From assembly GCA_030390025.1 (NCBI GenBank), contig CM059432.1:21702001-21766000 (forward strand): DNA of 64,000 nt. The letters are read 5' to 3'. Shown here piece by piece: positions 1-12,618 of the stretch (position 1 is the first letter of the stretch; each line of letters begins with the position of its first letter). Origin of the DNA: Squalus acanthias (Eukaryota). The translations under genes were made by a program, and so were the position numbers. The notes under the pieces were generated by a model, which was not told where the DNA came from, ran no database searches, and saw only the letters and a program-made list of their open reading frames with translations.

Positions 1-19
1 GTGATCAGAAGTTGAAGAA

Positions 20-340
20 GAAAGAAAGAACTTGCCTTTATTTAGTGTCTCAGGATGCCCAAAACAATTAACAACCAATGCATTACTTTTGAAGTGCAGG
101 TACCGTTATATAGCAGGCGGACGTTGCAGCCAATTTGTGCACAGCAAGGTCGCACAGACAACAAGTGAATGAATGACCATATCATTATTTTTTTATGAAG
201 GGGTTGAGGGAGGAATGTTAGTCCCTTCTTTTTGTTAAATAATATTATGTAATCTTTTACCTCCACCTGAACACACAGATGGACCCTAATTTAACAGTTC
301 ATCCAAAAGACAGCACCTCTGGCAATGTAGCACTCCCTAC
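20..340 (-). mobile_element. Deu-domain SINE, decayed copy
   Basis: Reverse complement resembles the body and tail of the SINE at 1290-1745; (AGAA)n tail at the left end. Confidence 0.7.
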
Positions 341-369
341 CTGACTTGCTGAGCTGAACTTGTTTTAAC

Positions 370-640
370 TGAAAAAAAAATTGAGAGAAGACATGATCTG
401 ACTCTTAACAGTCTAAAAGGCATAGATAATGCAGAGTAATTAAATTCTTTGACCTACACAGTTAGCCCAGAACTAGAGGACAAGCCTAAAGTAAGATGAA
501 AGATTAGAAGAATTGTTTCTCACTAGAGTGATGGTGATACAACCTCTCAACAAAAGCAGTGGAGGCAGTGTCGATTAACCGCTTAGAACATGATTAGAGA
601 TTTTTGGATACGATATTGAAATGATTAAATGCTCCAATGA
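370..640 (+). mobile_element. Old CR1 LINE 3' fragment
   Basis: Decayed matches to the CR1 ORF2 C-terminal sequence seen in younger copies (gaactagaggacaagc, gcagtggaggcag). Confidence 0.5.
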
Positions 641-837
641 TCCTCTGCTGTTTGAGGAGAGCAGCATATCAGGGTTGATTAATAGAGATGTGAGTATGCA
701 TGAATATTTTGCTTGATTATTTTTGGGAATCAGAGGATACAACAGAACTTTCTCTCAGGAGATTAAGTGGGTTGGTGGCGCCCATGATAGGATAAGATAC
801 ATTGCCGTGGAAAATAGCGGACTTAATAAGGCATATA

Positions 838-1894
838 GCCCTATAAATTTGGCCGCGAGGCGTCCATTTTTTGGGTGTTAACTGGCTTATAAGCTCCCAT
901 TATGGCGGGTAAGAAGCGTACGCCCATTTCCGGCCGATTGCGCCACCTGCCATATTGAGAAAGGAAAAAAAGAGGTGTTCTTTATCCATACCTGAAGCAG
1001 GCATTAGGCCCTTTGCGTATGCAAATAAGGAGCCTAATGCCTGTTTGAGGACTCCACTTCAAGATTGGTTTTCCCTGAGGCAGGCTGCACCCGCACCAGC
1101 TGCACTCAGGGAAGCCAGGCCTTGGGATCGCCTGTGACCTACAAGGTAAGTTATTTACATTTACTGTCCTGAATGTGGAGCCAGGAGGAGCAGGAGTGCT
1201 CCTCTGGACCTCACAGTTAATCTTCCAGCAGAGGTCCGATCTAGTAGTCTGCTTTGTAGTGTCATAGTGTATTTGTAGTCAAGTTGGAGTGTCAGCTGTG
1301 GCTCAGTTGGTAGCACACTTCGCCTCTGAGTCAGAAGGTTGTGGGTTCAAGTCCCACTCCAGGGACTTGAGCACATAAAGCTAGGCTGACGCTCCAGTGC
1401 AGTGCTGCACTGTCGGAGGTGCTGTCTTTCGGATGAAACGTTAAACTGAGGCCCCGTCTGCTCTCTCAGGTGGATGTAAAAGATCCCACGGCACTATTTC
1501 GAAGAAGAGCAGGGAAGTTATGCCCGGTGTCCTGGCCAATATTTATCTCTCAAACAACATAACAAAAACAGATTATCTGGTGATTATCACATTGCTGTTT
1601 GTGGGAGCTTGCTGTGTGCAAATTGGCTGCCGCATTTCCCACATTACAACAGTGACTCCACTTCAAAAAGTACTTCATTGGCTGTAAAGCACTTTGAGAC
1701 GTCCGGTGGTCGTGAAAGGTGCTATATAAATGCAAGTTTTTCTTTTTTGCCGGTGGGCTGCTGCACTTCACCGGCTTCATTATAATGAGGCCCAAGGCCC
1801 AATGCAGGGGCGCCTCGGACCTCTCCATTCAGGTGCACAGTCTTACCCTGTGCCTTCCACTCATCCAAAAATGGGGGCGCCCGAATTTCTAGAC
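838..1894. mobile_element. Non-autonomous Harbinger-type MITE with a SINE nested inside
   Basis: Left end gccctataaatttgg...gcgtccattttttgggtg is an imperfect inverted match to the right end catccaaaaatgggggcgcccgaatttctagacc. Confidence 0.6.
1290..1745 (+). mobile_element. tRNA-headed Deu-domain SINE (SacSINE1/AmnSINE1-like), full length
   Basis: A box tggctcagttgg, B box ggttcaagtcc, central Deu-like core (gtaaaagatcccacggcactatttcgaagaagag) and L2-type tail aaaggtgctatataaatgcaag; near-identical copy at 38030-38520. Confidence 0.85.
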
Positions 1895-2227
1895 CATAGG
1901 CTTATCTTGTTTTCTTATGCTCTTATTTATCCCTGCTTTTAAAAGATGACTTTTGACATGAATCTTGTTATTCATGTTTGAAGTAATACTGGGCGGCCTG
2001 CTGGTGGCGCTGTCCAGGGAGAGTATAAATACTCGGGCATGAGCCCAGCTTGCTTAGGACATTCCTCAACGGGAACTAGTGAAGGACACAACTAGATCTC
2101 CATGTTGTAAAACAGTTGATTAAAGCTTTGTTTAACAGTTAGATCAAGTGCCTAGTAGTTTTCTTACGTCAACTTTCATTTATAATTTGCTGGGTGTTTG
2201 GACACGAATGTTAACCTGTTATATTAA

Positions 2228-2405
2228 AAAAAGAAAGACTTACATTTATATAGTGCCTTTCACAAACTCAGGATGTTCCAAAGTGCTTTACTTTTGAAGT
2301 GGAGTCACTGTTGTAATTTAGGAAACACGGCAGCCAATTTGCGCACAGCAAGGTCCCACACTCAGCAATGTGATAATGACCAGATCATCCGTTTTAATGA
2401 TGTTG
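2228..2405 (-). mobile_element. Deu-domain SINE 3' half
   Basis: Reverse complement of the SINE 3' region (catttatatagtgcctttcac...gcagccaatttgcgcacagcaagg). Confidence 0.75.
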
Positions 2406-2755
2406 GCTTGGTGGAAGTATGGTTTGCAACATCATGTAGTGGTGGGTAGGTCCTAAACACATTATAGCAAACCACATTGCTTATACTTTTGTTGCTATAA
2501 TGAACTCAACATTAAAGTCAAAATTTAGTGAACAGCATGCAGAACTCCAGCCTCTGGGCAGCACAGTTATTTCTCCGAAAAGGCTTGTTCTTATTGTAGC
2601 TGCTGCTGTGCTGCTACACATTGCAACTCATTTTATACATTTCTTTCTGTCACTTTCCGATTTCATGCCACGTGTTAGCGGTGATGTACTCTTTCAGTGC
2701 CATTTTGACTTTATTGAAATTAGTAATTCTTGAGGAGGATCAAAAGAACGACAGA

Positions 2756-3594
2756 GGGCTGGATTTTGCCGGCGCTCAGAGGGTGGGTTTCGAGGCGGGT
2801 CGAAGGTTAAAACCCGCCTCCAAACAATTTTCCCAAATGTCGGGTCCCCGATTTGCGAATAGACTAGACACCTAGTGGTGGGAAGAGGATTAAAGGCAAT
2901 TTCCTGCCTATTAACAGGTAGTTGTCAGTAGTTGACAGCCTATTTTTGAATTTTGCCGTCTCTGGCTCGGGTTTCCCGACGTCCGGACACCACGCCAGGT
3001 AAGTGTGGCGAGTTGTGAGTCTGCTGTAATGTTTCTGGATTGATGACAGCTGCAGAAGTGGTGTGAAGGATCCAGTGTTGCACATGGTGAGTCTCAGAGG
3101 AAAGAAAATGTTGGGAATTGCATTTTTAATACATTTACACTTTTCTTTAGGTTACAAGTTTTTAAATCCATGTCCAATGCTACCTCATTGGGAGAACCTC
3201 TCTCATCAGTGAGAGATCGCTTCTGCCACCTCACCTGCAGTTGCCATCTATTCCAGCCTATGGAAGGAGTCATTGGAGAACCTGGGTGCAAGAGGTCACC
3301 TTTGTGCAATGATTGTCAGTATTTTCAGCACCCCAATGCTGTCAAACACTGAGAAATCAACTGTCAAAATAAAATTGTGCGTCGTCCCTTTAAGGAAACT
3401 GGCAGATGACGCGTCATCAAATGACATCATCTGCCCTGCTTCCTCTTAATTGGCCGCCAAGCCCGCAGGGCGGGCTTAACAAGGTCAATCAAGGCAAAAT
3501 CACGTCTGTGGGCTGGATGCAGCTGGGGGCGGGACTGGAAGCCAGAAACCATCTGTCCCGCACCCAGCCCGCCTCCATTGATAAAATCGCGGCC
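2756..3594. mobile_element. Non-autonomous Harbinger-type element (MITE)
   Basis: Imperfect TIRs gggctggatttt / aaaatcgcggcc with GC-rich subterminal gcggg/cccgc motifs. Confidence 0.6.
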
Positions 3595-3674
3595 AGAAGT
3601 TTACACCACAGAAGGAGGCCAACATGTCTGTGCCAGCTCTTTCGTAGGGCAATCCAAAACTAATTCCACTATCA

Positions 3675-3930
3675 ATAACAACAAGAAATACTTGTATTCA
3701 TATCGAGCCTTTAATGTAGCAAGATGTCCCAAGGTGCTTCACAGGAGCGCTATCAAACAAAATTTGACACCAAGCCACATAAGAAGATATTAGGACAGAG
3801 GTAGATTTTAAGGTGCGTCTGAAAGGAGGAGAGAGAGGTAGAGAGGCGGAGATGTTTAGGGAGAGAATTCCCGAGCTTAGGGCCTCAGCAGTTGAAGGCA
3901 AGGCTGCCAATGGTGGAGCGCTTAAAATCG
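3675..3930 (-). mobile_element. L2 LINE 3' end
   Basis: Matches the 3' end of the L2 at 9148-10790, including the (CAA)n tail. Confidence 0.75.
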
Positions 3931-4211
3931 GTCTCTCCCCATAGCCCAATATCTTTCTCTGCTTCAAATGTTTAGCCACTTTTCCTTTAAAAGATGCGAT
4001 GGAATCTGCCTCAAATTTTCCCTGTGGCAAAGCGTTCCGTGCTCCAACAACCTGTTCCGCACTTCACCTTTTCTTGGTGACCATACCAGTCCACAATCTA
4101 ATTGAATGGATACCCAACATGATCCCTCTGTAGAAAGGTCCGTGCATCAGTGATGAAAGTTCACATGCAGTGCAGGCGATGATTCACCTTTTTGAGGTTC
4201 AATAGTTGTTG

Positions 4212-4388
4212 CTGGGTCAAAATCCTGGAACTTCCTACCTAACAGCATTGTGGAAGCACCTTCACCACAAGGACTGTAGCGGTTTAAGAAGAAGGTTCAC
4301 CACCACCTTCTCAAGGGCAACTGGGGATGGACAATAAATATCAGCCTTGTCAGCAAAGCCCACATCCCGAGAATCAATTAAAAAAAAA
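4212..4388 (+). mobile_element. 3' end of a non-LTR LINE (same family as 62955-63930)
   Basis: gggtcaaaatcctggaac...caccaccaccttctcaagggcaact...poly(A) is the reverse complement of 62955-63130. Confidence 0.75.
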
Positions 4389-4449
4389 TTCTACGTCTCC
4401 TGGCTCAGTCGTATTTTCAATCAATGTTTCCACACCATGCAAAGTATTT

Positions 4450-4830
4450 ATCAAGTTGCATGGTGCTACAATCCATACATGAAGTGGATCCACCCTAATA
4501 ACAACACTGGGGATGACTGCCATGGACAGTTGAAATAATATGTTGAAAGCTGTGTAGCAAGGTATTTAAAATAATGTACATTGATCTATAAGTACTCTAA
4601 TCTTGTTGTCCATAATATGCTGCACAACCAGAAATCAGTTGCCAACATTGACAAGATTGTTGATGAGATCTACGGGTATTCCCATGCTCAATGAAAGCCA
4701 CAGAGCAATTCAAACACTTCCATAAAGAATACAAGCAGCCAGAACAACATCTGTTACAGGACATTACGACTGGATAGAACCCTACTTTTACATATTTGAC
4801 TGACTAGTTGAGCAAAATAAAAAAATGAGA
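4450..4830 (+). pseudogene. hAT-superfamily (Ac/ZBED-like) transposase fossil
   Basis: Manual translation through stops and frameshifts gives DS*NNMLKA (cf. DNAANMVKA), NLVVHN (after the CxxH region) and LLQDITTG*NPTF/YIFD*LVEQ (cf. LIQDVPTRWNSTFYMLERLVEQ), in the expected order. Confidence 0.7.
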
Positions 4831-5149
4831 CTGTGAAACCATCTGTTCTATAGTAATATGAGATAACTGGCATCTTAATATATAGCTAGTGAACTATCAT
4901 GGAGGAGACTCTCAATCTGCTGAGGTCCTTTAACAAGCATTTAGAGTGTCGTGTGCCACTTTAACTTCCTGCAGCAAATCACTCCAGTAATATGTATAAT
5001 TTCGGTGCATAATAACTTTAGAAATAAAATGGCCCGTGCCTCCAGTGAAGTATTAGCTACTGTTATGTGTTTTCTAAAGATGATCACACAGGTTATGATT
5101 CCTCGTTAAAGAAAATTAATAGGCGTAGCCACATTGCGAGACCTCTTCT

Positions 5150-5480
5150 TGAACGTGTTGGTTCATTAATCCTTACCCTTTGAACTCTCTCTCTCCCCGA
5201 CTCAATTTTTCTTGCCTTCCTCTGTTTGTTTATGGGATTAAGGTCAGTGCTCCTCTGAAGATTCCTCTCTTGTTCCGCATGAACTGAAAATAGACAGCTC
5301 CAATGTGTTTAGTACTTTCTGAATTCCAACTGTGTTGTAATCAAAACTCTTTGCATTGTCTTCTAATCTAACTGATTCTTTCCCAGAACTGGAAACTATG
5401 GAACTCCTTACTTTCCTTAGTCTTTTCTCTCCATAGTCTTCTAGTTTTTACATCCAAGCTCGCCATTAGCCAATCACTGC
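5150..5480 (+). mobile_element. Ancient LINE ORF2 C-terminal fossil
   Basis: Manual translation gives LNSLSPRLNFSCLPLF, GQCSSEDSSLVP and FFPRTG.LWNSL, motifs typical of CR1/Jockey-group ORF2 C-termini. Confidence 0.55.
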
Positions 5481-5579
5481 TTCTTTATTCATCTTCCCTT
5501 GTCTCTACTCTTTCAACTTTAATGGTGTCCTGCACTATGGACTTTGACCTTTTAGCTAGGGTTCTCAATTTAAATTTCC

Positions 5580-5755
5580 CAGCCAATATTCATCCCTTAA
5601 CCAACAACACTAAAACAGATTATCTGGTCATTTATTTCATTACTGATAGTGGGACCTTGCTGTGCACATATTGGCTGCCACGGTTCCTACATTACAACAT
5701 TAACTATACCTCAAACGCACTTAGTTGGCTGAGAAGTGCTTTGGGACGTCTTGAG
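5580..5755 (+). mobile_element. Deu-domain SINE 3' fragment
   Basis: gccaatattcatccct...aaaacagattatctggtcatt matches the full-length SINE. Confidence 0.7.
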
Positions 5756-5964
5756 TCTAGCTGTGTGATAATGACCTGGTGGTGATTTTCTGACTTTACG
5801 CCACTTTCCCATGTTTTTGTGACTCTTCCGCTAAAGTTATAGCAAGTGGGAGAATCCTGTGGAAATTTACTGCCTCGTAAATGACAGCCCTTTAGCAAGT
5901 GAAAAGCTTGCCTCCTTGACATTTTTGAGGAATTGATATCCTGAGTGGACATGAAAAAACATAT

Positions 5965-6460
5965 GACATGGTGTACTTATATTTACAAAAAAACCTTTGG
6001 TAAAATTCCCCATGAAAGGCTGCGAATGAAACTAAAAGCAAGGGCGATTCAAGTAAAACTTTGGTGTGAATAAGGAATTGGCTAAAAGCATTGGTTATCT
6101 GTTATTGGTGTGATGTTGGGTGAGGGTGGGATGGGTGGTTGGACTGAATGGATTTCCTCAGGAAACACTGCTGGGACATCGACTGTTCATATTCTACAGC
6201 AATGATTTGGATTCAGAACTCTAACTCATACTGGTCAAATTTAAAAGTGGTACTAAACTAGGGAAACAGTCGAGTCAGCAGAAGCAGCCAGGGCCTATAA
6301 AAGGAGATAGATAAAATCCGCAAATGGGCAAATCAGTGACAGATAAAATTCAATACAGACAAGTGCAAGATATTACACAATTAAGTCAAAATGGACTGCA
6401 TATTATACTATGGATGGTGCAGAAATAACTGGAAGCGGAAAGGGATCTAAGGGTGATAGA
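5965..6460 (+). mobile_element. Old CR1 reverse-transcriptase fragment
   Basis: Reads DMVYLYLQK/TFGKIPHERL (cf. [19 protein letters not shown]) and later KWANQ*QIKFNTDKCKILH. Confidence 0.7.
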
Positions 6461-6688
6461 TTCAAAATGAATAAACTATACTATATATTACCGGGTCAAT
6501 TAAGCATAAGTTGAAAGATGCCATACAAAACCATGCTTCGGCCTGGACAAATCATTTTAACTTTTGGTGCGAAACGGATGGTTGGCGGGTGGGATGTACT
6601 CACTGCCCGTCTGTTGTTGCTGTTGTGAAGCCCGAGCAATTCTGCATCAATCCCGTGTGTTGTACAAGCCTAATCGAGGCTCCAATGC

Positions 6689-8517
6689 TTCCCACCTACA
6701 TCCGCGACTCTTCCGACGCCCTCCGCCACTTTAACAGTTTCCAGTTTCCCGGCCCCAACCGCCTCCTTTTCACTACGGACTTACAATCCCTCTACACCTT
6801 CATCCCCCACCAGGATGGCCTGAGGGCGCTCCGCTTCTTCCTTGAACAGAGGCCCAACCAGTCCCCATCCACCACCACCCTCTTCCGCCTGGCTGAACTT
6901 GTTCTCACATTGAACAACTTCTCCTTTGACTCCACCCATATCCTCCAAATCAAAGGTGTTGCTATGGGTACCCGCATGGGTCCTAGCTATGCCTGCCTTT
7001 TCGTGGGATATGTGGAACACTCTTTGTTCCAGTCCTACTCGGGTCCCCTCCCCCACCTCTTTTTCCAGTACATTGATGACTGTATCGGTGCCGTCTCCTG
7101 CTCTCACCCTGAACTAGAACATTTCATTCACTATGCTTCCAATTTCCACCCTTCCCTCACCTTCACATGGCCCATCTCTGACTCGACTTCTCCATCTCCA
7201 TCTCTGGGGATAGGTTATTGACTAACATTCACTACAAGCCCACTGACTCCCACAGCTACCTGGACTACACTTCCTCCCACCCCGCCTCCTGTAAGGACTC
7301 TATTCCATTCTCCCAGTTTCTCCATCTCCGCCGCATCTGCTCTGACGATGCCACCTTCCATACCAGTGCTTCCGACATGTCTTCCTTTTTCCTCAACTGA
7401 GGATTCCCCTCTACCGTGGTTGACACGGCCCTCGACCGTGTCCGTTCTATCTCCCGCACTTCTGCCCTCACCCCTGCCCCTCCCTCCCGGAACCACGATA
7501 GAGTTCCCCTTGTCCTCACCTTTCACCCCACCAGCCTTCACATTCAACGGATCATCCTCCGCCATTTCCGCCACCTCCAGCGTGATCCCACCACCAAATG
7601 CATCTTCCCCTCACCTCCCCTTTCAGCATTCCGCAGGGACTGTTCCCTCTGCGACACCCTGGTCCACTCCTCTATCACCCCCAGCATCCCTTCCCCTTTG
7701 CCCGGCACCTTCCCGTGCAAGCGCAGGAGATGCAACACATGCCCTTATACCTCCCCTCTCCTCACTGTCCAGGGCCCCAAACACCCCTTCCAGGTGAAAC
7801 AGCGATTTACTTGTACTTCCTGCAATTTAGTATACTGTATTCGCTGCTCACGATGTGGTCTCCTCTACAATGGGGAGACCAAACGCAGATTGGGTGACCG
7901 CTTTGCGGAACACCTCCGTTCAGTCCGTAAGGGTGACCCTGAGCTTCCAGTCGCCTGTCATTTTAATTCTCCACTCCACTCCCACTCTGACCTCACCGTC
8001 CTCGGCCTCTTGCATTGTTCCACGGAAGCTCAGCGTAAGCTCGAGGAACAGCACCTCATCTTTCGTTTAGGCACTTTACAGCCCTCTGGACTCAACATAG
8101 AGTTCATAAATTTCAGATCATAACCTTGGCCCCTATCACATATATATACTTTTTTATTTTAGTTTTTCATCCACCCTTTTGTTTGGCCTTTTTTTTCCCT
8201 CCCAGAAGCTGGCAGCTGTCCTTCATTCTGCCAGCGCATTTCACACTTCATCTAGCCTCTACCTGTCATATTAACACTTCCTCTTGCCTTGATTATCTCT
8301 TTATGTCTCTTAATCTCTCCTATCCCACCACTGACCTTGCCTTTTGTTCTTTCATCCTCTCCCCCTTTTCCAAGTATTATACTTGCTTTAAATCTATTTC
8401 ATTTCCTGCTTTTTTCCAGTTCTGACGAAAGGTCTTCGACCTTAAACGTTAACTCTGTTTCTCTCTCCATGGATGCTGCCTGGCCTGCTGAGTTTTTCCA
8501 GCATTTTCTGTTGTTAT
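6689..8517 (+). mobile_element. Penelope-like retroelement family 1 (RT + GIY-YIG), 5'-truncated and disrupted
   Basis: RT motifs (DLQSLYT, GVAMGTRMGPSYA, YIDD) in ORF 6511-7221; GIY-YIG region (NLVYCIRCSRCGLLYNGETKRRLGDRFAEH) in ORF 7416-8123; 9-bp duplication CTCCAATGC at 6680-6688 and 8518-8526. Confidence 0.92.
8418..8454 (+). ncRNA. Minimal hammerhead ribozyme motif, G12 mutated
   Basis: AGTT-CTGACGA-A-AGGTC ttc GACCT-TAAA-CGTT-AACT; the core GAAA is changed to TAAA. Confidence 0.7.
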
Positions 8518-8526
8518 CTCCAATGC

Positions 8527-8940
8527 AACTCACTGGTTTGGGAAGGTGGGCCAACAGTCCAGGCCCTTGGGGGGCAGGGATTGGGACGGGGAGTTGGTCC
8601 CGGAGGGGGTCACACACTGATCGGCAGTGGGCTGGAGTATTTTTGTGGGGCAGGAGGAGCAGGGCCAGGAAGATCATTCCTGCTCGTCCTGGCCATACAA
8701 AAAAATAAAAGCTGAAAAAGGTTTTGGGCCATTTGTCGAGTGACACAGGACTTCGATTTACATATTAAAAGTGACCGTCCGCCTGAAACAGGCAGGCGCA
8801 TCAGCCGTCCACGTAAAGGCCTCCACCAAGATGCTGGCAACCAGTGTTTCACTGTAACTGGTGCAACAAGTTACCCTATGCTATTATTGGGGTGCTACCG
8901 CGCTATTTATGCCGGGCGGCTGCAGTTAATATTGGCCCTC
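8527..8940. mobile_element. Right part of a Harbinger-type MITE split by the Penelope insertion
   Basis: Contains the ggcaggaggagcagg motif shared by local MITEs and ends in ttaatattggccc. Confidence 0.5.
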
Positions 8941-9147
8941 GGACTGTGCTCACTCTTTGCCACAAAGTCAAAAAGTAAGCATTCAAACCATGGAAGGGGT
9001 GCAGAGATGAGTCATGAGGCTCATCCCTAGATTCAAAATATTGAGTTTTAAATAAAGACTTGCAATTGTGGCCCTTTTACCTTGAAAAGAGACAGATGAG
9101 TGGGGAACCTTATAATAGTATACAAGGCATTAAAAATGTATAGGGTT

Positions 9148-10790
9148 GCAACAACAACAACAATTTGTATTTATATAGCGCCTTTAACATAGTAAAACGT
9201 CCCAAGGCACTTGACAGGAGTGTTATAAGGCAAAGATTTGACACCAAGCCACATAAGGAGAAATTAGGGGAGATGACCGAAAGCTTGGTCAAGTGGTAGG
9301 TTTTAAGGAGCGTCTTAAAGGAGGAAAGAGAGGTAGAGAGGCGGAGAGGTTTAGAAAGGGAATTCCAGAGCTTAGGGCCTAGGCAACAGAAGGCACGGCC
9401 TCCAATGGTTGCGCGATTATAATCAGGGATGCTCAAGAGGGCAGAATTAGAGGAGCGCAGATATCTCGGGGGCGTTGTGGAGCTGAAGGAGATTGCAGAG
9501 ATAGGGAGGGGCAAGGCCATGGAGGGATTTGAAAACAAGGATGAGAATTTTGAAATCGAGGCATTGCTTAACCGGGAGCCAATATAGGTCAGCGAGCACA
9601 GGGGTGATGGGTGAACGGGACTTGGTGCGAGTTAGGACACGGGCAGCCGAGTTTTGGATGACCTCAAGCTTACGCAGGGTAGAATGTGGAAGGCCAGTCA
9701 GGAGTGCATTGGAATAGTCAAGTCTAGAGGTAACAAAGGCATGGATGAGGGTTTCAGCAGCAGATGAGCTGAGGCAAGGGTGGAGACAGGCGATGTTATG
9801 GAGGTGGAAATAGGCGGTCTTGGTGATGGTGCGGATATGTGGTCGGGAGCTCATTTCAGGGTTAAATATGACACCAAGGTTGCGAACGGTGTGGTTCAGC
9901 CTCAGTCAGATGCTAAGGAGAGGGATGGAGTGAATGGCGAAGGAACGGAGTTTGTGATGGGGACCGAAAGCAATGGCTTCGGTCTTCCCAATATTTAATT
10001 GGAGAAACTTTCTGCTCATCCAGAACTGGATGTCGGACAAGCAGTCTGACAATTCAGAGACCGTGGAGTGGTCGAGAGAAGTGTTAGTGAGGTAGAGCTG
10101 GGTGTCATCAGCGTACATGTGGAAACTGACCCCATGTTTACGGATGATGTCGCCAAGGGGCAGCATGTAGATGAGAAATAAGACTGGGCCAAGGATAGAT
10201 CCTTGGGGGACACCAGAGGTAACAATGGGGAGCAGGAAGAGAAGCTGTTGCATGTGATTCTCTGGCTATGATTAGATAGATAAGAATGGATCCAGGCGAG
10301 TGCAGTCCCACCCAGCTGGACAACTGTGGAGAGGCGTTGGAGGAGGATGGAGTGGTCAACCGTGTAAAAGTCTGCAGACAAGTCAAGAAGGATGAGGAGG
10401 GATAGTTTACCTTTGTCACAGTCACAAAGATGTCATTTGTGAGTTGATGAGAACCGTTTTGGTACTGTGGCAGGGTTGGAAACCCGATTGGAGGGATTCA
10501 AACATGGAGTTGCGGGAAAGATGGGCACGGATTTGGGAGGCGACAGCACATTCAAAAACTTTGGAGGTTGGAGATGGGGTGGTAGTTTGCAAGGACGGAG
10601 GGGTCAAGGGTTTTTTTGAGGAGAGGGATGATGACAGCAGATTTAAAGGAGAGGGGGACAGTACCTGATGAGAGAGAACCGTTAACAATGTCAGCTAACA
10701 TGGGAGCCAGAAAAGGAAGTTGGGTGGTCAGCAGTTTGTTGGGAATAGAGTCGAAGGAGAAGGAAGTGGGTCTCATGGGCAAGATGCTCT
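9148..10790 (-). mobile_element. L2-clade LINE, 5'-truncated and frameshifted
   Basis: [49 protein letters not shown] and PKLWNSL on the minus strand; (CAA)n tail at 9148-9162. Confidence 0.92.
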
Positions 10791-10874
10791 AGAATACTGC
10801 TTTAAAATACTTCAGGATACTAGAACTAGGAGACATAGGATACAACTGATGAAAGGTATTATCAGGCAGTATCA

Positions 10875-11020
10875 TTTTTTGTGTATTTGTTCTTGCGATG
10901 TGGACGATGCCGGCAAGGCTGCATTGCATTTTATTGCCCATCTCTTGTTGCCCTGAAAAGGTGCTGATGGTCCTTCTTCAACTGTTGCAGTCCTTGAGGT
11001 GATAGTGCTCCCACAATGGT
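10875..11020 (-). mobile_element. LINE 3' end (same family as 62955-63930)
   Basis: Decayed match to 62955-63100. Confidence 0.6.
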
Positions 11021-11159
11021 TAACTCATTCAAGAGACAGATGATGTGGGGAATGTAAGTTTTTTCGGGATGGTTGAGCAAATATGACCAAGAGGCATCCT
11101 TCATCTCTATGTATGTGATATGGTGAAATCGGATAAAGCCCCTTCTTCATTCAAATCTA

Positions 11160-12335
11160 TCTTGTGGTACGTGAGCCTAGACAGTAAAAGACTCCTGGCA
11201 TCGAGTCTCACTTGTCATTAGCATGGGAGTTACGACTATAACTGTTGGGCTGATTCTGCAACCTCCGCTCCTGTCTAGTGATACTCAACTCCAAGTGGGA
11301 AAAATTCGCTAGCGACCATTTTGGGTTGCTAACATCTCCTGGGCGCTAAATTTAGCGCCTGGCAAAAAATAGCGCCGGCGATCGGTAAATTCAGTTTTAG
11401 CGCCCCAAGAGGGAGGTGGAGCGGTAATTCAAGCTCTCCACTTCCTTCTTAGTGCGCTAACCTCGAAAATCGGAGCAGTGCATTCTGCAGCGCTGCGCAC
11501 TGGGCCACGTAGCACTGCCGCATGGAAGGGCTCTTTCCCTCATTAAAGGGGAGGGCCCAAGCCCACAACTCTGCGGGGCCTACCTGGACCACCAGGTAGC
11601 GGGGTGCCGTGCCAGCAGCCTGGCACACAAGAGGAGTGCCGGGCTGCCAGATCGCGGCACGGACTCCGCGTTCAAAGAGGCAACGGGCCGCGACAAGTAA
11701 GTCGGACGATTTTTTTTCCCGCCCGCCCCTTCCCCTTTACTTATCACCCGTGAGCCTCCTGTTGCTCTGTTTCCGCCCGCTGAATCGGTCGCTGTCATCG
11801 CCCAGCGCAGATTCGGGGGGCGCGGGCCAATTTTGCAGGCGGGGTGAAAACGGGGCGCTGCGCATCACCTGCGCAGTGGAGTGGGGCGCTACCGGTTACC
11901 GCCGTCGCTAAACTCCCGCTGAATTTAGCGGGAGTCGTTAGCGGCGCCGTGCCCGGCCGAAAAGTCGGTTTGCGCCCCGTTAGCGCCCCCCGGAGGAGCT
12001 AACGAGAGGCGCAAATGCACCAAATTTCTAGCCCTTAAGTGCCTTATCTCACAAATTTAGCCAAGCGGCCGCAGTCTATTCTACGGATGAGGTCATCACA
12101 GCAAGTGCAATGCTCTTCTCACCTGACAGCTATTTTCCACCAACTGTGACTGGACAGTGTTCAGGAACTGAAACTCTTTCCTAACCCAGAAACACTGATG
12201 GTAGCATCCCCAGCCAAAGCTTTGGTGAGATCAAATAAGTCAGTACAGACAAGGGATCAAAAGTGGAAGCTTTCTGGTCAATCTGATTCAGTACCGCAGT
12301 CGTAAATCACTTACCGGCACAGTCACGAGGGGAGC
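11160..12335 (-). mobile_element. Ancient tRNA-headed SINE (resembles AmnSINE2), split by a MITE
   Basis: Segments 11160-11290 and 12040-12335 resemble copies at 25780-26610, 42600-42850, 55050-55330 and 58080-58500; family name from recall. Confidence 0.5.
11295..12034. mobile_element. GC-rich palindrome-rich MITE (Harbinger-type)
   Basis: Ends in aaatttctagccc; many gcgcta/tagcgc dyads; homologous along its length to 56348-57058. Confidence 0.75.
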
Positions 12336-12618
12336 TTAACCTTTATTCCTGATTTTCATTATTTATCATAGCGCAATGCAAAATGGACCCATTAACTTGG
12401 AAGTTGGGAGAATTTCGGTGCTCGTTACCGAGTTGTGATTGATAGCAAAGCAAAATCAAAGCACAGCACAACTGCCTGCAGATTTTGCCCCCACCTGCCA
12501 GGTTTACTGAGTCCCCACAGGCCAGGTAAACATTTCAACGTTGAAATATGAATGAAAGGAGCTAAAACACACAATGCAAAGTAATTTATTTCTCTTTATT
12601 GATAATGGGACAGATAAT

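Noticed and set aside
1290..1365. tRNA gene
   Set aside because: The A/B boxes run directly into a SINE body and recur at 19295 and 38030; these are SINE heads.
5177..5284. Apparent minus-strand exon (ttttCAG...AGG|GTAAGG, one open frame)
   Set aside because: The plus strand translates to LINE ORF2 C-terminal motifs (CSSEDSSLVP, FFPRTG.LWNSL), so an antisense LINE fossil explains it.
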